Positions 19,681 through 26,985 of a stretch of 53,740 nucleotides of DNA are shown piece by piece. Below the pieces are notes generated by a model. It saw only the letters and a list, made by a program, of their open reading frames with translations, had not been told where the DNA came from and ran no database searches. The stretch is from Pontimonas sp. GTDB taxonomy: Bacteria; Actinomycetota; Actinomycetes; Actinomycetales; Microbacteriaceae. Numbering within the stretch: position 1 is the stretch's first letter; the number at the start of each line of letters is the position of its first letter. A program made the translations under genes and the position numbers. The stretch spans positions 1 to 53,740 of the forward strand of contig JBIILX010000001.1 in the NCBI GenBank assembly GCA_044338275.1. The letters are read 5' to 3'.

Positions 19681-20548
19681 GTATCGTCGTATCTTGCTCG
19701 AAGGGGCACCGGTTCAGGTGCTTCGAGTTGGCAATGAACTAGTTGCTGCCGATGGCAGAAAAGTAGCCATTGAGGACGCCATTCACCTTGCCCCAAGTGA
19801 GCCAACCAAGATCTTGGCTGTTCACTTGAATTACCAGTCCCGCACCGATGAGTTCATGACCAAGTTGCCCTCTGCGCCAACTTACTTTCATAAGCCAATC
19901 ACTGCATTGAATTCACACCACGGACACGTGGTGCGACCAGATCGCTGCAAGTGGTTGAACTATGAAGGTGAGATCGTGATCATCATCGGCAAAACTTGCA
20001 AAAACATTTCACCCGATGATGCCGGTGAATACATTGCTGGCTACTCAGTCGGTAACGACTACGGGCTTCACGATTTCAGAGATACCGATGCTGGTTCCAT
20101 GCTGCGCGTCAAAGGTGCCGACACCTTGGCTCCGGTTGGACCTGGCATGATCACTGACTGGGACTTCCGCAACAAGTCCATTCGCACCTACGTCAACGGT
20201 GAACTAAAGCAAGATGACAACACAGCAAACATGGAATGGGATATGAACTACCTGGTTGCAGACTTAGCGCGCACCATCACCCTAGTTCCGGGAGACATTA
20301 TCTTCTCCGGCACACCAGCAAACTCAAGACCGGTGCAGCCAGGAGATGTTGTTGAAGTTGAAGTTGAAGGGCTTGGACGCTTGAGCAACAAGATTGTTCA
20401 CGGTCCAGCTCCTATTCGATCTGAAGTTGGAGCTCAACCGACCGAGAGCGAAGAGGTAATTTCAACAGCTATGGGTGGCGATTGGGAATTCCGCGGCATT
20501 AGAACTCCATCCAAAGACCTTTATCCGTCAAGAATCGAGGAAAAGTAA
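19673..20548 (+). CDS. Fumarylacetoacetate hydrolase family protein (HpaG-like)
   Basis: YFHKP, NYEGEI, GYSVGND, TLVPGDIIFSGTP; GTG start at (M)TEYRR. Confidence 0.88.
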   Translation: MTEYRRILLEGAPVQVLRVGNELVAADGRKVAIEDAIHLAPSEPTKILAVHLNYQSRTDEFMTKLPSAPTYFHKPITALNSHHGHVVRPDRCKWLNYEGEIVIIIGKTCKNISPDDAGEYIAGYSVGNDYGLHDFRDTDAGSMLRVKGADTLAPVGPGMITDWDFRNKSIRTYVNGELKQDDNTANMEWDMNYLVADLARTITLVPGDIIFSGTPANSRPVQPGDVVEVEVEGLGRLSNKIVHGPAPIRSEVGAQPTESEEVISTAMGGDWEFRGIRTPSKDLYPSRIEEK

Positions 20549-20740
20549 ATGATCAAAGTCGAAGTCGACATGACCAAGTGTCAGCACTACGGACAGTGCG
20601 TATTCGAAGCTCCAACCGTGTTCAAGTTGAACGCCGAGGACAAATTGGAATACGTAGCGGAAGTTGACGACAGCGAACTAGACAACGTCGAGGCAGCAGT
20701 TGATATTTGCCCGATGCAGGCTATTCGCATCGCGCAGTAG
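20549..20740 (+). CDS. 3Fe-4S ferredoxin (P450 partner)
   Basis: CQHYGQC...CPMQAI, 63 aa. Confidence 0.9.
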   Translation: MIKVEVDMTKCQHYGQCVFEAPTVFKLNAEDKLEYVAEVDDSELDNVEAAVDICPMQAIRIAQ

Positions 20741-20749
20741 CCAACGCAA

Positions 20750-21952
20750 TTGTCTGCTCCGGTAGTAATTGTCGGTGGCTCGCTAGCTGGGCTACGTTCT
20801 GCTGAAGGTCTGCGCAAAGCCGGCTACGCAGGCCCAATCAAAGTAATTGGCAACGAGCCTTACCTTCCATACAACAGGCCTCCGCTATCTAAAGAACTGC
20901 TTAGTGGATCTGGTGAGATTGACGAAATCTACTTTCCGATAAAAGAATCGGTAGCGAACATCGAATGGGTGCTGGGTCAAGCCGCTACTTCGTTAGATAT
21001 CAAAGAACAAAAAGTCACTGACCTATCCGGTGCTAGCCACCCATACAGCGCACTTGTTATTGCAACTGGTCTTCGACCAAAGCCACTACCAGTAAATGCC
21101 AATGGCATTTCAGGCATTCATGTCCTAAGGACTTTTGATGATGCCGTTGCCCTGCGCAAGCAGCTTCTTCCTGGAGTGAAGGTGCTGATCCTTGGAGCTG
21201 GGTTTATTGGATGTGAAGTTGCAGCAACGGCCGTTAAGGCCGGTTGCCAGGTCAAAGTTGTTTCAAGAACCCATGAGCCAATGGAAGAAGCCCTTGGTAA
21301 AACTTTGGGCAAAGAAGTTAAGCGTCGCCACGAACTTATGGGGGTCGAGTTTGTTAAGGGCGCTTCAGTTTTTGGCTTGATTGGGGATGGCCATGTGCAG
21401 CGAGTGATTCTTGATTCTGGAGTTATCTTCGATGCCGATCTAGTCGTAGTTGCTATCGGCTCCTTGCCCAATACCGAGTGGCTGGAAGGTAGCGGGCTAG
21501 ATATTTCTAATGGTGTTTTGGTTGATGGTGGACTGCGGGCACTTTCTTCCGATGGCGCCGTAGTTGAAAACATATTTGCCGTTGGCGATGTGGCACGCTA
21601 CGTCAACCCACTATTTGATCAGGTGCCCCGTCGAGTCGAGCACTGGAACCTTCCAACCGAAACTGGCAAGCGAGCCGGACTAGTTCTTGGTAAGCACCTA
21701 AGTGGTGAGTCGGTTGCCGAGGCAGTTGCCGAGCCTTTTGCTCCGGTGCCTTCGTTTTGGTCTGACCAGTATCAGATGCACATCCTGGCTTTTGGTATGA
21801 CCTACCTTGCCGACAGATCTGAGTTGGTAGCGGGTGAGTTGTCTGGTGAGTGCGTTTTTGAGTATTTCAGAAACGACAAGCTGGTTGGAGTTTGTGGGAT
21901 TGGCATGAGGCCAACAATCCAAAGCTACCGAACCAGGTTTTCGTTAGTTTGA
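20750..21952 (+). CDS. Ferredoxin reductase
   Basis: GGSLAG, YNRPPLSK, GAGFIGCE, AVGDVA, RVEHW, FWSDQY. Confidence 0.9.
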   Translation: MSAPVVIVGGSLAGLRSAEGLRKAGYAGPIKVIGNEPYLPYNRPPLSKELLSGSGEIDEIYFPIKESVANIEWVLGQAATSLDIKEQKVTDLSGASHPYSALVIATGLRPKPLPVNANGISGIHVLRTFDDAVALRKQLLPGVKVLILGAGFIGCEVAATAVKAGCQVKVVSRTHEPMEEALGKTLGKEVKRRHELMGVEFVKGASVFGLIGDGHVQRVILDSGVIFDADLVVVAIGSLPNTEWLEGSGLDISNGVLVDGGLRALSSDGAVVENIFAVGDVARYVNPLFDQVPRRVEHWNLPTETGKRAGLVLGKHLSGESVAEAVAEPFAPVPSFWSDQYQMHILAFGMTYLADRSELVAGELSGECVFEYFRNDKLVGVCGIGMRPTIQSYRTRFSLV

Positions 21953-22150
21953 AACGCCCTTGATCATCGGGGTGTGAAAGCTCTTTCCAAACACCTTCTG
22001 TGATGCACCTACGCGATCTAGGTAAGGTGTGATTCCACCTAAGTGGAATGGCCAGCCCGCGCCCATGATCATGCACAAATCAATATCTTCTGCTGATTGA
22101 ACTACGCCCTCGTCAAGCATGAGCTTGATTTCCTTGGCTAGGCCAACGGT
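21944..22150 (-). pseudogene. 3-hydroxyacyl-CoA dehydrogenase (FadB-like) C-terminal fragment
   Basis: GLAKEIKLMLDEGVVQSAEDIDLCMIMGAGWPFHLGGITPYLD...VSN*; no start codon. Confidence 0.8.
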
Positions 22151-22298
22151 TAGCGTCCCACGAAGTGGTGTAAATTCCCCGGCTCACGGGTGTCGTTTCT
22201 GACAATGAGTGAGCCATCGTGTGAGAGTCGGTGAAAACCAACTAAATCTCCACGAAAGGAACTCACACACGATGGCTCTTGACTATTCTGTCTTGTAG
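22151..22298 (+). mobile_element. Probable IS256-family left-end remnant with truncated transposase start (MALDYSVL*)
   Basis: End-like sequence AGCGTCCCACGAAGTGGTGTAAAT; RBS AAAGGA; ATG at 22272 resembles actinobacterial IS256 starts (MALDQSAL); 17/18-bp inverted repeat at 22211-22228 / 22261-22278. Confidence 0.6.
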
Positions 22299-22429
22299 AA
22301 CCGCTCCGCGGAAAACCCATACATCGAATCCAGTACGTGGGCACCAACCTGCAGGCCAACTAGCTCGAGTAGGTCAAATGGATTCATCGGAAGGCCAAGT
22401 GGTGCGATGGCGTCTGCGACCTCCTCGTG
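22290..22429 (-). pseudogene. Upstream fragment of the same FadB-like gene
   Basis: EEVADAIAPLGLPMNPFDLLELVGLQVGAHV. Confidence 0.75.
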
Positions 22430-22846
22430 GCAACGCTCTCCTATGGGATTGCTATGCCCTACGCGAAGCGCCACGTTACTAACCTGCCCTTCAGCCCGTA
22501 CGCTCTGGCAGCAGCTCAGGTAGGGGTCTCGGCGCTGATTACCCTTCCGGGTGCTCTCTTTTCGGGAATACTCGTCTACCCGCTGAGTGCGTCGGCAGTG
22601 TGGGGCATTCTTGGACTTGGAGTATTGGGGACGGGGATTGCCTATGTCTGGAATTACAGAAACATCGAACTGGCTGGAAGTGTTATTGCCTCCAGCGTCA
22701 CCTACATCACGCCCGTGGTGGCTGTAGTCCTTGGACTCGTGTTCCTTCGCGAGGCGCTTTCCTTCTTGCAGCTATTTGGCGGCGCATTGGTTGTTCTCTC
22801 AGCCCTCCTTATCCAGGAACGCTGGACCCCAATCCGCAAGAGATAG
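22427..22846 (+). pseudogene. EamA/DMT transporter, C-terminal half only
   Basis: LGVLGTGIAYVWNY...ASSVTYITPVVAVVLG; begins mid-domain, abutting the FadB fragment. Confidence 0.75.
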
Positions 22847-22940
22847 GTGGCACTCCAGTCGCACGAACCTCCGCTTCTCCTCCACTACGCTCTAGCGAGA
22901 GCGGTGTAGGGGCACGGTCTGTGCTCGAACTACCCAACTG

Positions 22941-23056
22941 CGTCGTGAGAACTGTCATATGCCTATAACAATTACAGCCCAGCCAGGGACATCACCTTTT
23001 TCTCCGGGATTGTTCTCGAATGTGTTCATGGCTTTCCCTTCCTCACCTGGTGACCA
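22941..23056. repeat. Internal junction: 37-bp arm + 20-bp core + pilin-leader arm
   Basis: 22941-22977 matches 26794-26830 at 34/37; 22978-23056 matches 7917-7996 with 4 substitutions and 1 indel. Confidence 0.92.
22955..23029 (-). pseudogene. Truncated pilin 5' copy, MNTFENNPGEKGDVPGWAVIVIGI*
   Basis: Near-identical to the first 17 codons of 7807-7968, then reads into the island arm and stops. Confidence 0.8.
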
Positions 23057-23057
23057 C

Positions 23058-23099
23058 AGCGTAAGAAAGTTAGACACCACCCGGGAGAAGTTATCCCCA
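23058..23099 (-). promoter_or_regulatory. Putative pilin promoter copy: TGGGGATAACTTC-N23-TACGCT
   Basis: Motif and spacing are conserved although the spacer has diverged from 7999-8040. Confidence 0.62.
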
Positions 23100-23228
23100 G
23101 GCCTGTCCGCGAAGGGCACCCGGCAGCCACCGGCTAATCTGCGCCTCGCGGCAGGAAAAGATTGAGGGTTGTGGGAAAACTCCCTCCCCAAGAACCTTAG
23201 GTTCTGCGATGTGGGGGCTGCAGTCGGA

Positions 23229-23262
23229 AAGTCTTCTGCTCTATCCGCTGAGCTACGAGGGC
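23229..23262 (-). pseudogene. 5' half of a tRNA (Arg-like), truncated in the anticodon loop
   Basis: GCCCTCG-TA-GCTC-AGCGGATA-GAGC-A-GAAGA-CTT: acceptor strand, complete D arm and 5' anticodon stem; no T arm follows. Confidence 0.7.
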
Positions 23263-23563
23263 TTGGGGCAGAACCCCGAGATTACTAGTGCACAGCGGGG
23301 TCAACGCAACGCCCAGAATCCAGCACGTTCACTATCGTGATGTGCCGTTCGATAAAGCTTTGTGGGGCGGGTCACCGCTCGCAGCGGCACATAGGGGACA
23401 CGCAATCCTTAATGCGCCAAACTCGGCAAAACCCCGTCATCGGTCGGGGTCGCTCCCCGTGATAGGCGCCAAGTGAACGCGACGAGCACCACGAAAACTT
23501 TCCCTTTTCGGTGGTGCCAGGGTGCTGGCACCTTGGCACCACCGAAGGCCAAGGGAGGGCCTG

Positions 23564-24895
23564 TTAGTCGACTAGAGCTACTTCTGGTGGAGCGACCCGG
23601 AAGAACTTCGTGACAATAGCGAGGACAACGAGTCCGATGCCAAGCCACACAAGTCCCAACATGATCGCGGTCGAATCCAGCTGGAACAGCAGGTAAGCGC
23701 AGACAATGGCCCCAATGAGTGGGAACACGACGTGGGTTACCGCACTGAGACTTCTTCCTGCTTTCCGCTCGCGTGCAAAGTGCGCAACGACCGCAATGTT
23801 GACCATCGTGAACGCGAGGAAAGCCCCGAACAGAATGAAGGACGTGGACGTAGCGATATCCAGGAACAGCGCTATCAGCCCAACGACACCGATGGCGATG
23901 ATGTTGAATACCGGTGTCTTGAAGCGAGTTGCGATGCTCCCAAATGCCTTTTTCGGCAACACACCGTCGCGTCCCATGGCAAACAACAGTCGTGATGCCG
24001 ATGCCTGTGCCGCTAGACCCGAGGTGAACTGAGCCATGATCAGGCCGGCCAGGAACAACGCGCTAAACGCAGCTCCACCGATTTGTCCGGCGATTGTGAA
24101 GGCCGCTGATCCGACATCATCAAAAGTGCCTCCTGGGTACACCAGTTGTGTGGTGTAGGAAACAACAATGAAGATTATTCCTCCAATGATGGCCACCAGA
24201 AGAATTGCCCGAGGGACAGTCTTTTTTGGCTCAATCGTCTCTTCGGTGAACGTGGTGATCGCGTCGAATCCTAGGAACGAGTAAGCGGCAATTGCTGCTC
24301 CAGCAGTGATTGCCGTGAGCGTGCCACTCTCTCCCAAGAACGGTCCGCTATCAAGCAGACTTCCTGTTCCTCCGCCGCCGAGCACAAACGCAATGGAGAA
24401 TGCGACGAAGAGGACCAACACAAGCGCCTGAAAGGCCATCAGCACCAAATTGGTGCGATCGGCCACCTTCAGGCCGATGATGTTGAGAATCGTGGTGATC
24501 GCTATGAAAACAAGGATCCACACGAACACCGGGACGCCCGGGAATTGGGCTTGCATGTAGGCGGCGCCGATGAGCCAGATGACCATGGGCAGGAACAGGT
24601 AGTCGAGAAGAATCGCCCACCCGACGGCAAAGCCGGCCCGCGAATCAATGGTTTTGCGAACATAGGTGTAGGCGGATCCCGAAACCGGAAATGCGGCTGA
24701 AAGACGGCCGTAGCTCGCCGCCGTGAATATCATCGCAATAAGCGCAATTGCATAAGCTGATGCGCTGGCGCCCGCGGTGACCTCGGCGACAATGCCGAAG
24801 ATACCGAGGACGATCATGGGCGTCATATACGCGAGTCCAAAAAGAACTAGGGACCTCAGTCCCAGAACCCGTTTGAGTGTTGCCGGTTGTGCCAT
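23564..24895 (-). CDS. APC permease, PuuP/PlaP-like (putrescine/amine importer)
   Basis: LVLFGLAYMTP, GSAYTY, SFLGFDAITTFTEE, SRLLFAMGRDGVLP. Confidence 0.88.
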   Translation of the reverse strand: MAQPATLKRVLGLRSLVLFGLAYMTPMIVLGIFGIVAEVTAGASASAYAIALIAMIFTAASYGRLSAAFPVSGSAYTYVRKTIDSRAGFAVGWAILLDYLFLPMVIWLIGAAYMQAQFPGVPVFVWILVFIAITTILNIIGLKVADRTNLVLMAFQALVLVLFVAFSIAFVLGGGGTGSLLDSGPFLGESGTLTAITAGAAIAAYSFLGFDAITTFTEETIEPKKTVPRAILLVAIIGGIIFIVVSYTTQLVYPGGTFDDVGSAAFTIAGQIGGAAFSALFLAGLIMAQFTSGLAAQASASRLLFAMGRDGVLPKKAFGSIATRFKTPVFNIIAIGVVGLIALFLDIATSTSFILFGAFLAFTMVNIAVVAHFARERKAGRSLSAVTHVVFPLIGAIVCAYLLFQLDSTAIMLGLVWLGIGLVVLAIVTKFFRVAPPEVALVD

Positions 24896-25791
24896 TATTT
24901 CTCCTTAGCTGGGTGGGGTCGATGGACGGGCGTCCACCGTGATGGGTCTATTGATCCGTTGTAGAGAGACAGCGGAATTGGCTGGTCACCGGGGCGAAAC
25001 TGTTCCCACATTTTGTTTGTTCCGGCTGTTCCGGCCTGCCGAACGTGGTCGATGGTTCCAGAATCGAAGGTGTACTCCAGTTCGGCTCGGTCAGTGTGCA
25101 TTGCCTCAGCGATGACCTCTCCCTCTGGCCCGACGATGACGGAGCAACCTAAACCTGCGGGTCCGGCACTGTTGACACTGACCAGGGCAACCTGGTTGAA
25201 GATTGCGTTGGCTCTTGCAAGGATGACCTCGTGAGCCCGATCGGCAGTGCCGGTCTTGACCAGGTTGATGATGAGCTCAGCCCCCATCCACGCCAGCTGG
25301 CGACATGTTTCGGGGAACCAGATGTCGTAACAGGTGTTGAGGCCGATTCTCCCGACTCCTGCGATGTCGAAGACTACGAAGGTTAACCCCGGGGTGTGCG
25401 GCTCGAAGGGTCGCCAGGGAAACATCTTTCGATAGCTGGTGACAAGTTCCCCAGCGGGGTTGAAAACGAGCGCAGTGTTGTAAATCTCGTCGCCCGAACC
25501 CGTTTCATTAATTGAGCCCGGAACAAGCCAAATCTTGTGATCTCTGGCAATGCTTCCCAAGCCTCTAACAAAGTCACTGTCGAGGGCAACCGAGTCGAGG
25601 TCCGCGGCCAAGCGTTCATCGGTATGCTGGCCCGCGGCCGGGTCAAAGAGGTGTAGCTCGGGGTAAATCACCATTTCAGTGCCCGGGTGGCGAGCCACTA
25701 CATCTGCAACATCACCCGCGAACTGGTCGAGTGATCCAGAGAAGTTCAGCGGTGAAGCCTGCACGGCAACAATAGAAAGTTTTCCGTTCAC
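24895..25791 (-). CDS. Carbon-nitrogen hydrolase (nitrilase superfamily)
   Basis: E-K-C triad: YPELH, YRKMFP, TCYDIWFPE; GTG start inferred. Confidence 0.88.
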   Translation of the reverse strand: MNGKLSIVAVQASPLNFSGSLDQFAGDVADVVARHPGTEMVIYPELHLFDPAAGQHTDERLAADLDSVALDSDFVRGLGSIARDHKIWLVPGSINETGSGDEIYNTALVFNPAGELVTSYRKMFPWRPFEPHTPGLTFVVFDIAGVGRIGLNTCYDIWFPETCRQLAWMGAELIINLVKTGTADRAHEVILARANAIFNQVALVSVNSAGPAGLGCSVIVGPEGEVIAEAMHTDRAELEYTFDSGTIDHVRQAGTAGTNKMWEQFRPGDQPIPLSLYNGSIDPSRWTPVHRPHPAKEK

Positions 25792-25890
25792 AAGCGCCTT
25801 TGCTGATGGGGGAAGTCTTAAATGTATCAGAATGAGCAAATTAAGCAAGGTATCGTGAAAGCTAGTTGACATAATCCAGAAAGTGTCGTC

Positions 25891-26652
25891 ATGGCGGAGC
25901 CAAAGAACAAGTTGCTGATTGATTCAGTGGCCCACATCACCCGGTTGAGCGCACTCGACACTGTTCGCGCGCGTATTGCACTCGCTGTCGAGCACGGGCT
26001 TCTTCGGCCAGCCGAGCGACTCCCACGCGACGAAGATATTGCCCATGCCTTGGACGTGAGCGTCACGACCGCTAGACGAGCCTTAGAGAAACTCGCTGAA
26101 GAGGGCTTGGTCGTTCGGCGGCGGGGGAAAGCTGGGGGCACTTTTGTTTCAGAGGCACCCCTTGGCCACCTTGTCTCGGCCGTGAGCTCTTACAACGCTG
26201 ACTCAACGACCATAAATCGGCTCATCGACGAGCGGGCGCTCATTGAAACAGCTCTGGTCTCTGGCGCCTGCGCCCATCCCAATAAAGCCCACTTCGATGT
26301 TCTCCAAAAACACATAGACGAGGCATCCCAAGCGACCGACTGGGCGGCGTATCACCGCGCAGATGCTCTCTTTCACCTTGGTCTTGTCGACGCCAGTGGG
26401 ATGGAATGGGCCAGGGACATTCATTCCGAAGTTCTGCGGAAGCTGTACCGATACTTCTTGCCCTACCCGATCGAGTATCTCCAAGAGTCCAACGCAGAAC
26501 ACCGACGAATACTCGATGCCATGATCTCCGGCGATACCGTGCGGGCCACCCACGAGTGTCAATCTCACATCCGGATTTTGCACAGCACGATGTTCACCGG
26601 TTTGAGCAAGAGTGGCACTCACTCACCGGCTGGGACAGGAACCCTCGCGTGA
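25891..26652 (+). CDS. GntR/FadR family regulator
   Basis: N-terminal wHTH (RLPRDEDIAHALDVSVTTARRAL) and FCD domain (DALFH, EHRRILDAM). Confidence 0.9.
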   Translation: MAEPKNKLLIDSVAHITRLSALDTVRARIALAVEHGLLRPAERLPRDEDIAHALDVSVTTARRALEKLAEEGLVVRRRGKAGGTFVSEAPLGHLVSAVSSYNADSTTINRLIDERALIETALVSGACAHPNKAHFDVLQKHIDEASQATDWAAYHRADALFHLGLVDASGMEWARDIHSEVLRKLYRYFLPYPIEYLQESNAEHRRILDAMISGDTVRATHECQSHIRILHSTMFTGLSKSGTHSPAGTGTLA

Positions 26653-26793
26653 CTGCTTAAGAGGGAGCACCCAAAGACGACCGACTCTCTATTCGCGGAG
26701 TTTAGCCAACGTAATGACGGGGTGACAGTTGCTCATTCATAATCAGAAGTTCGCATCGTACGCTAATCGCACGGCCGCTGAAAGGCTTCACCA

Positions 26794-26850
26794 CGTCGTG
26801 GGAACTGTCATATACCTAAAACAATTACAGCCCAGCCAGGGACGTCACCT
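26794..26850. repeat. Right junction: 37-bp island arm + 20-bp core joined to the native pilin 5' end
   Basis: Matches 22941-22997 at 53/57. Confidence 0.92.
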
Positions 26851-26906
26851 CGTTCCGAGCTGGTGGTACTGGGATTATCCGGAAAGAGGGCCGTCTGTGA
26901 ATTCAT
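26808..26906 (-). pseudogene. Displaced native 5' end of the pilin gene, MNSQTALFPDNPSTTSSERGDVPGWAVIVLGI*
   Basis: Directly downstream of tadC; carries ERGDVPGW and then terminates in the island arm. Confidence 0.8.
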
Positions 26907-26912
26907 GGCATT

Positions 26913-26954
26913 ACGGTAACGAGAGCGTAGGGGTGGCGGCAGAAGTTATTCACA
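26913..26954 (-). promoter_or_regulatory. Native pilin promoter: TGTGAATAACTTC-N23-TACCGT-N6-ATG
   Basis: TTATTCACA fits the DnaA-box consensus; leaderless geometry. Confidence 0.62.
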
Positions 26955-26985
26955 CCCGAAAACTTCGGGGCTTCTCTCCACTGAG

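Larger units (their letters stand above)
7917..22977. mobile_element. Genomic island A (15,061 bp) inserted in the pilin gene; no integrase visible
   Basis: Bounded by the direct 20-bp core; both arms are homologous to those of island B; AT-richer catabolic cargo; interrupts tad synteny. Confidence 0.8.
22978..26830. mobile_element. Genomic island B (3,853 bp), tandem with island A; no integrase visible
   Basis: Bounded by core repeats; same two arms as island A. Confidence 0.8.

Noticed and set aside
23191-23205. LexA SOS box
   Set aside because: The GAAC/GTTC halves are 5 bp apart and lack the TCGAAC-N4-GTTCGA consensus.
23180-23262. Functional tRNA gene
   Set aside because: No 3' anticodon stem, T arm or acceptor 3' strand follows the D arm.
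7917-26850. Core repeats as a CRISPR array, integron attC sites or a shufflon
   Set aside because: Only three direct copies kilobases apart; no cas, intI or invertase gene; no attC-type hairpin; no inverted orientation.
22955-26906. Pilin fragments as silent antigenic-variation cassettes
   Set aside because: They hold only the leader and the conserved processing motif, not the variable mature region, so they cannot diversify the exposed pilin.
26942-26954. Replication origin suggested by DnaA boxes
   Set aside because: The boxes are single and dispersed; there is no cluster, AT-rich unwinding element, dnaA or rep gene.
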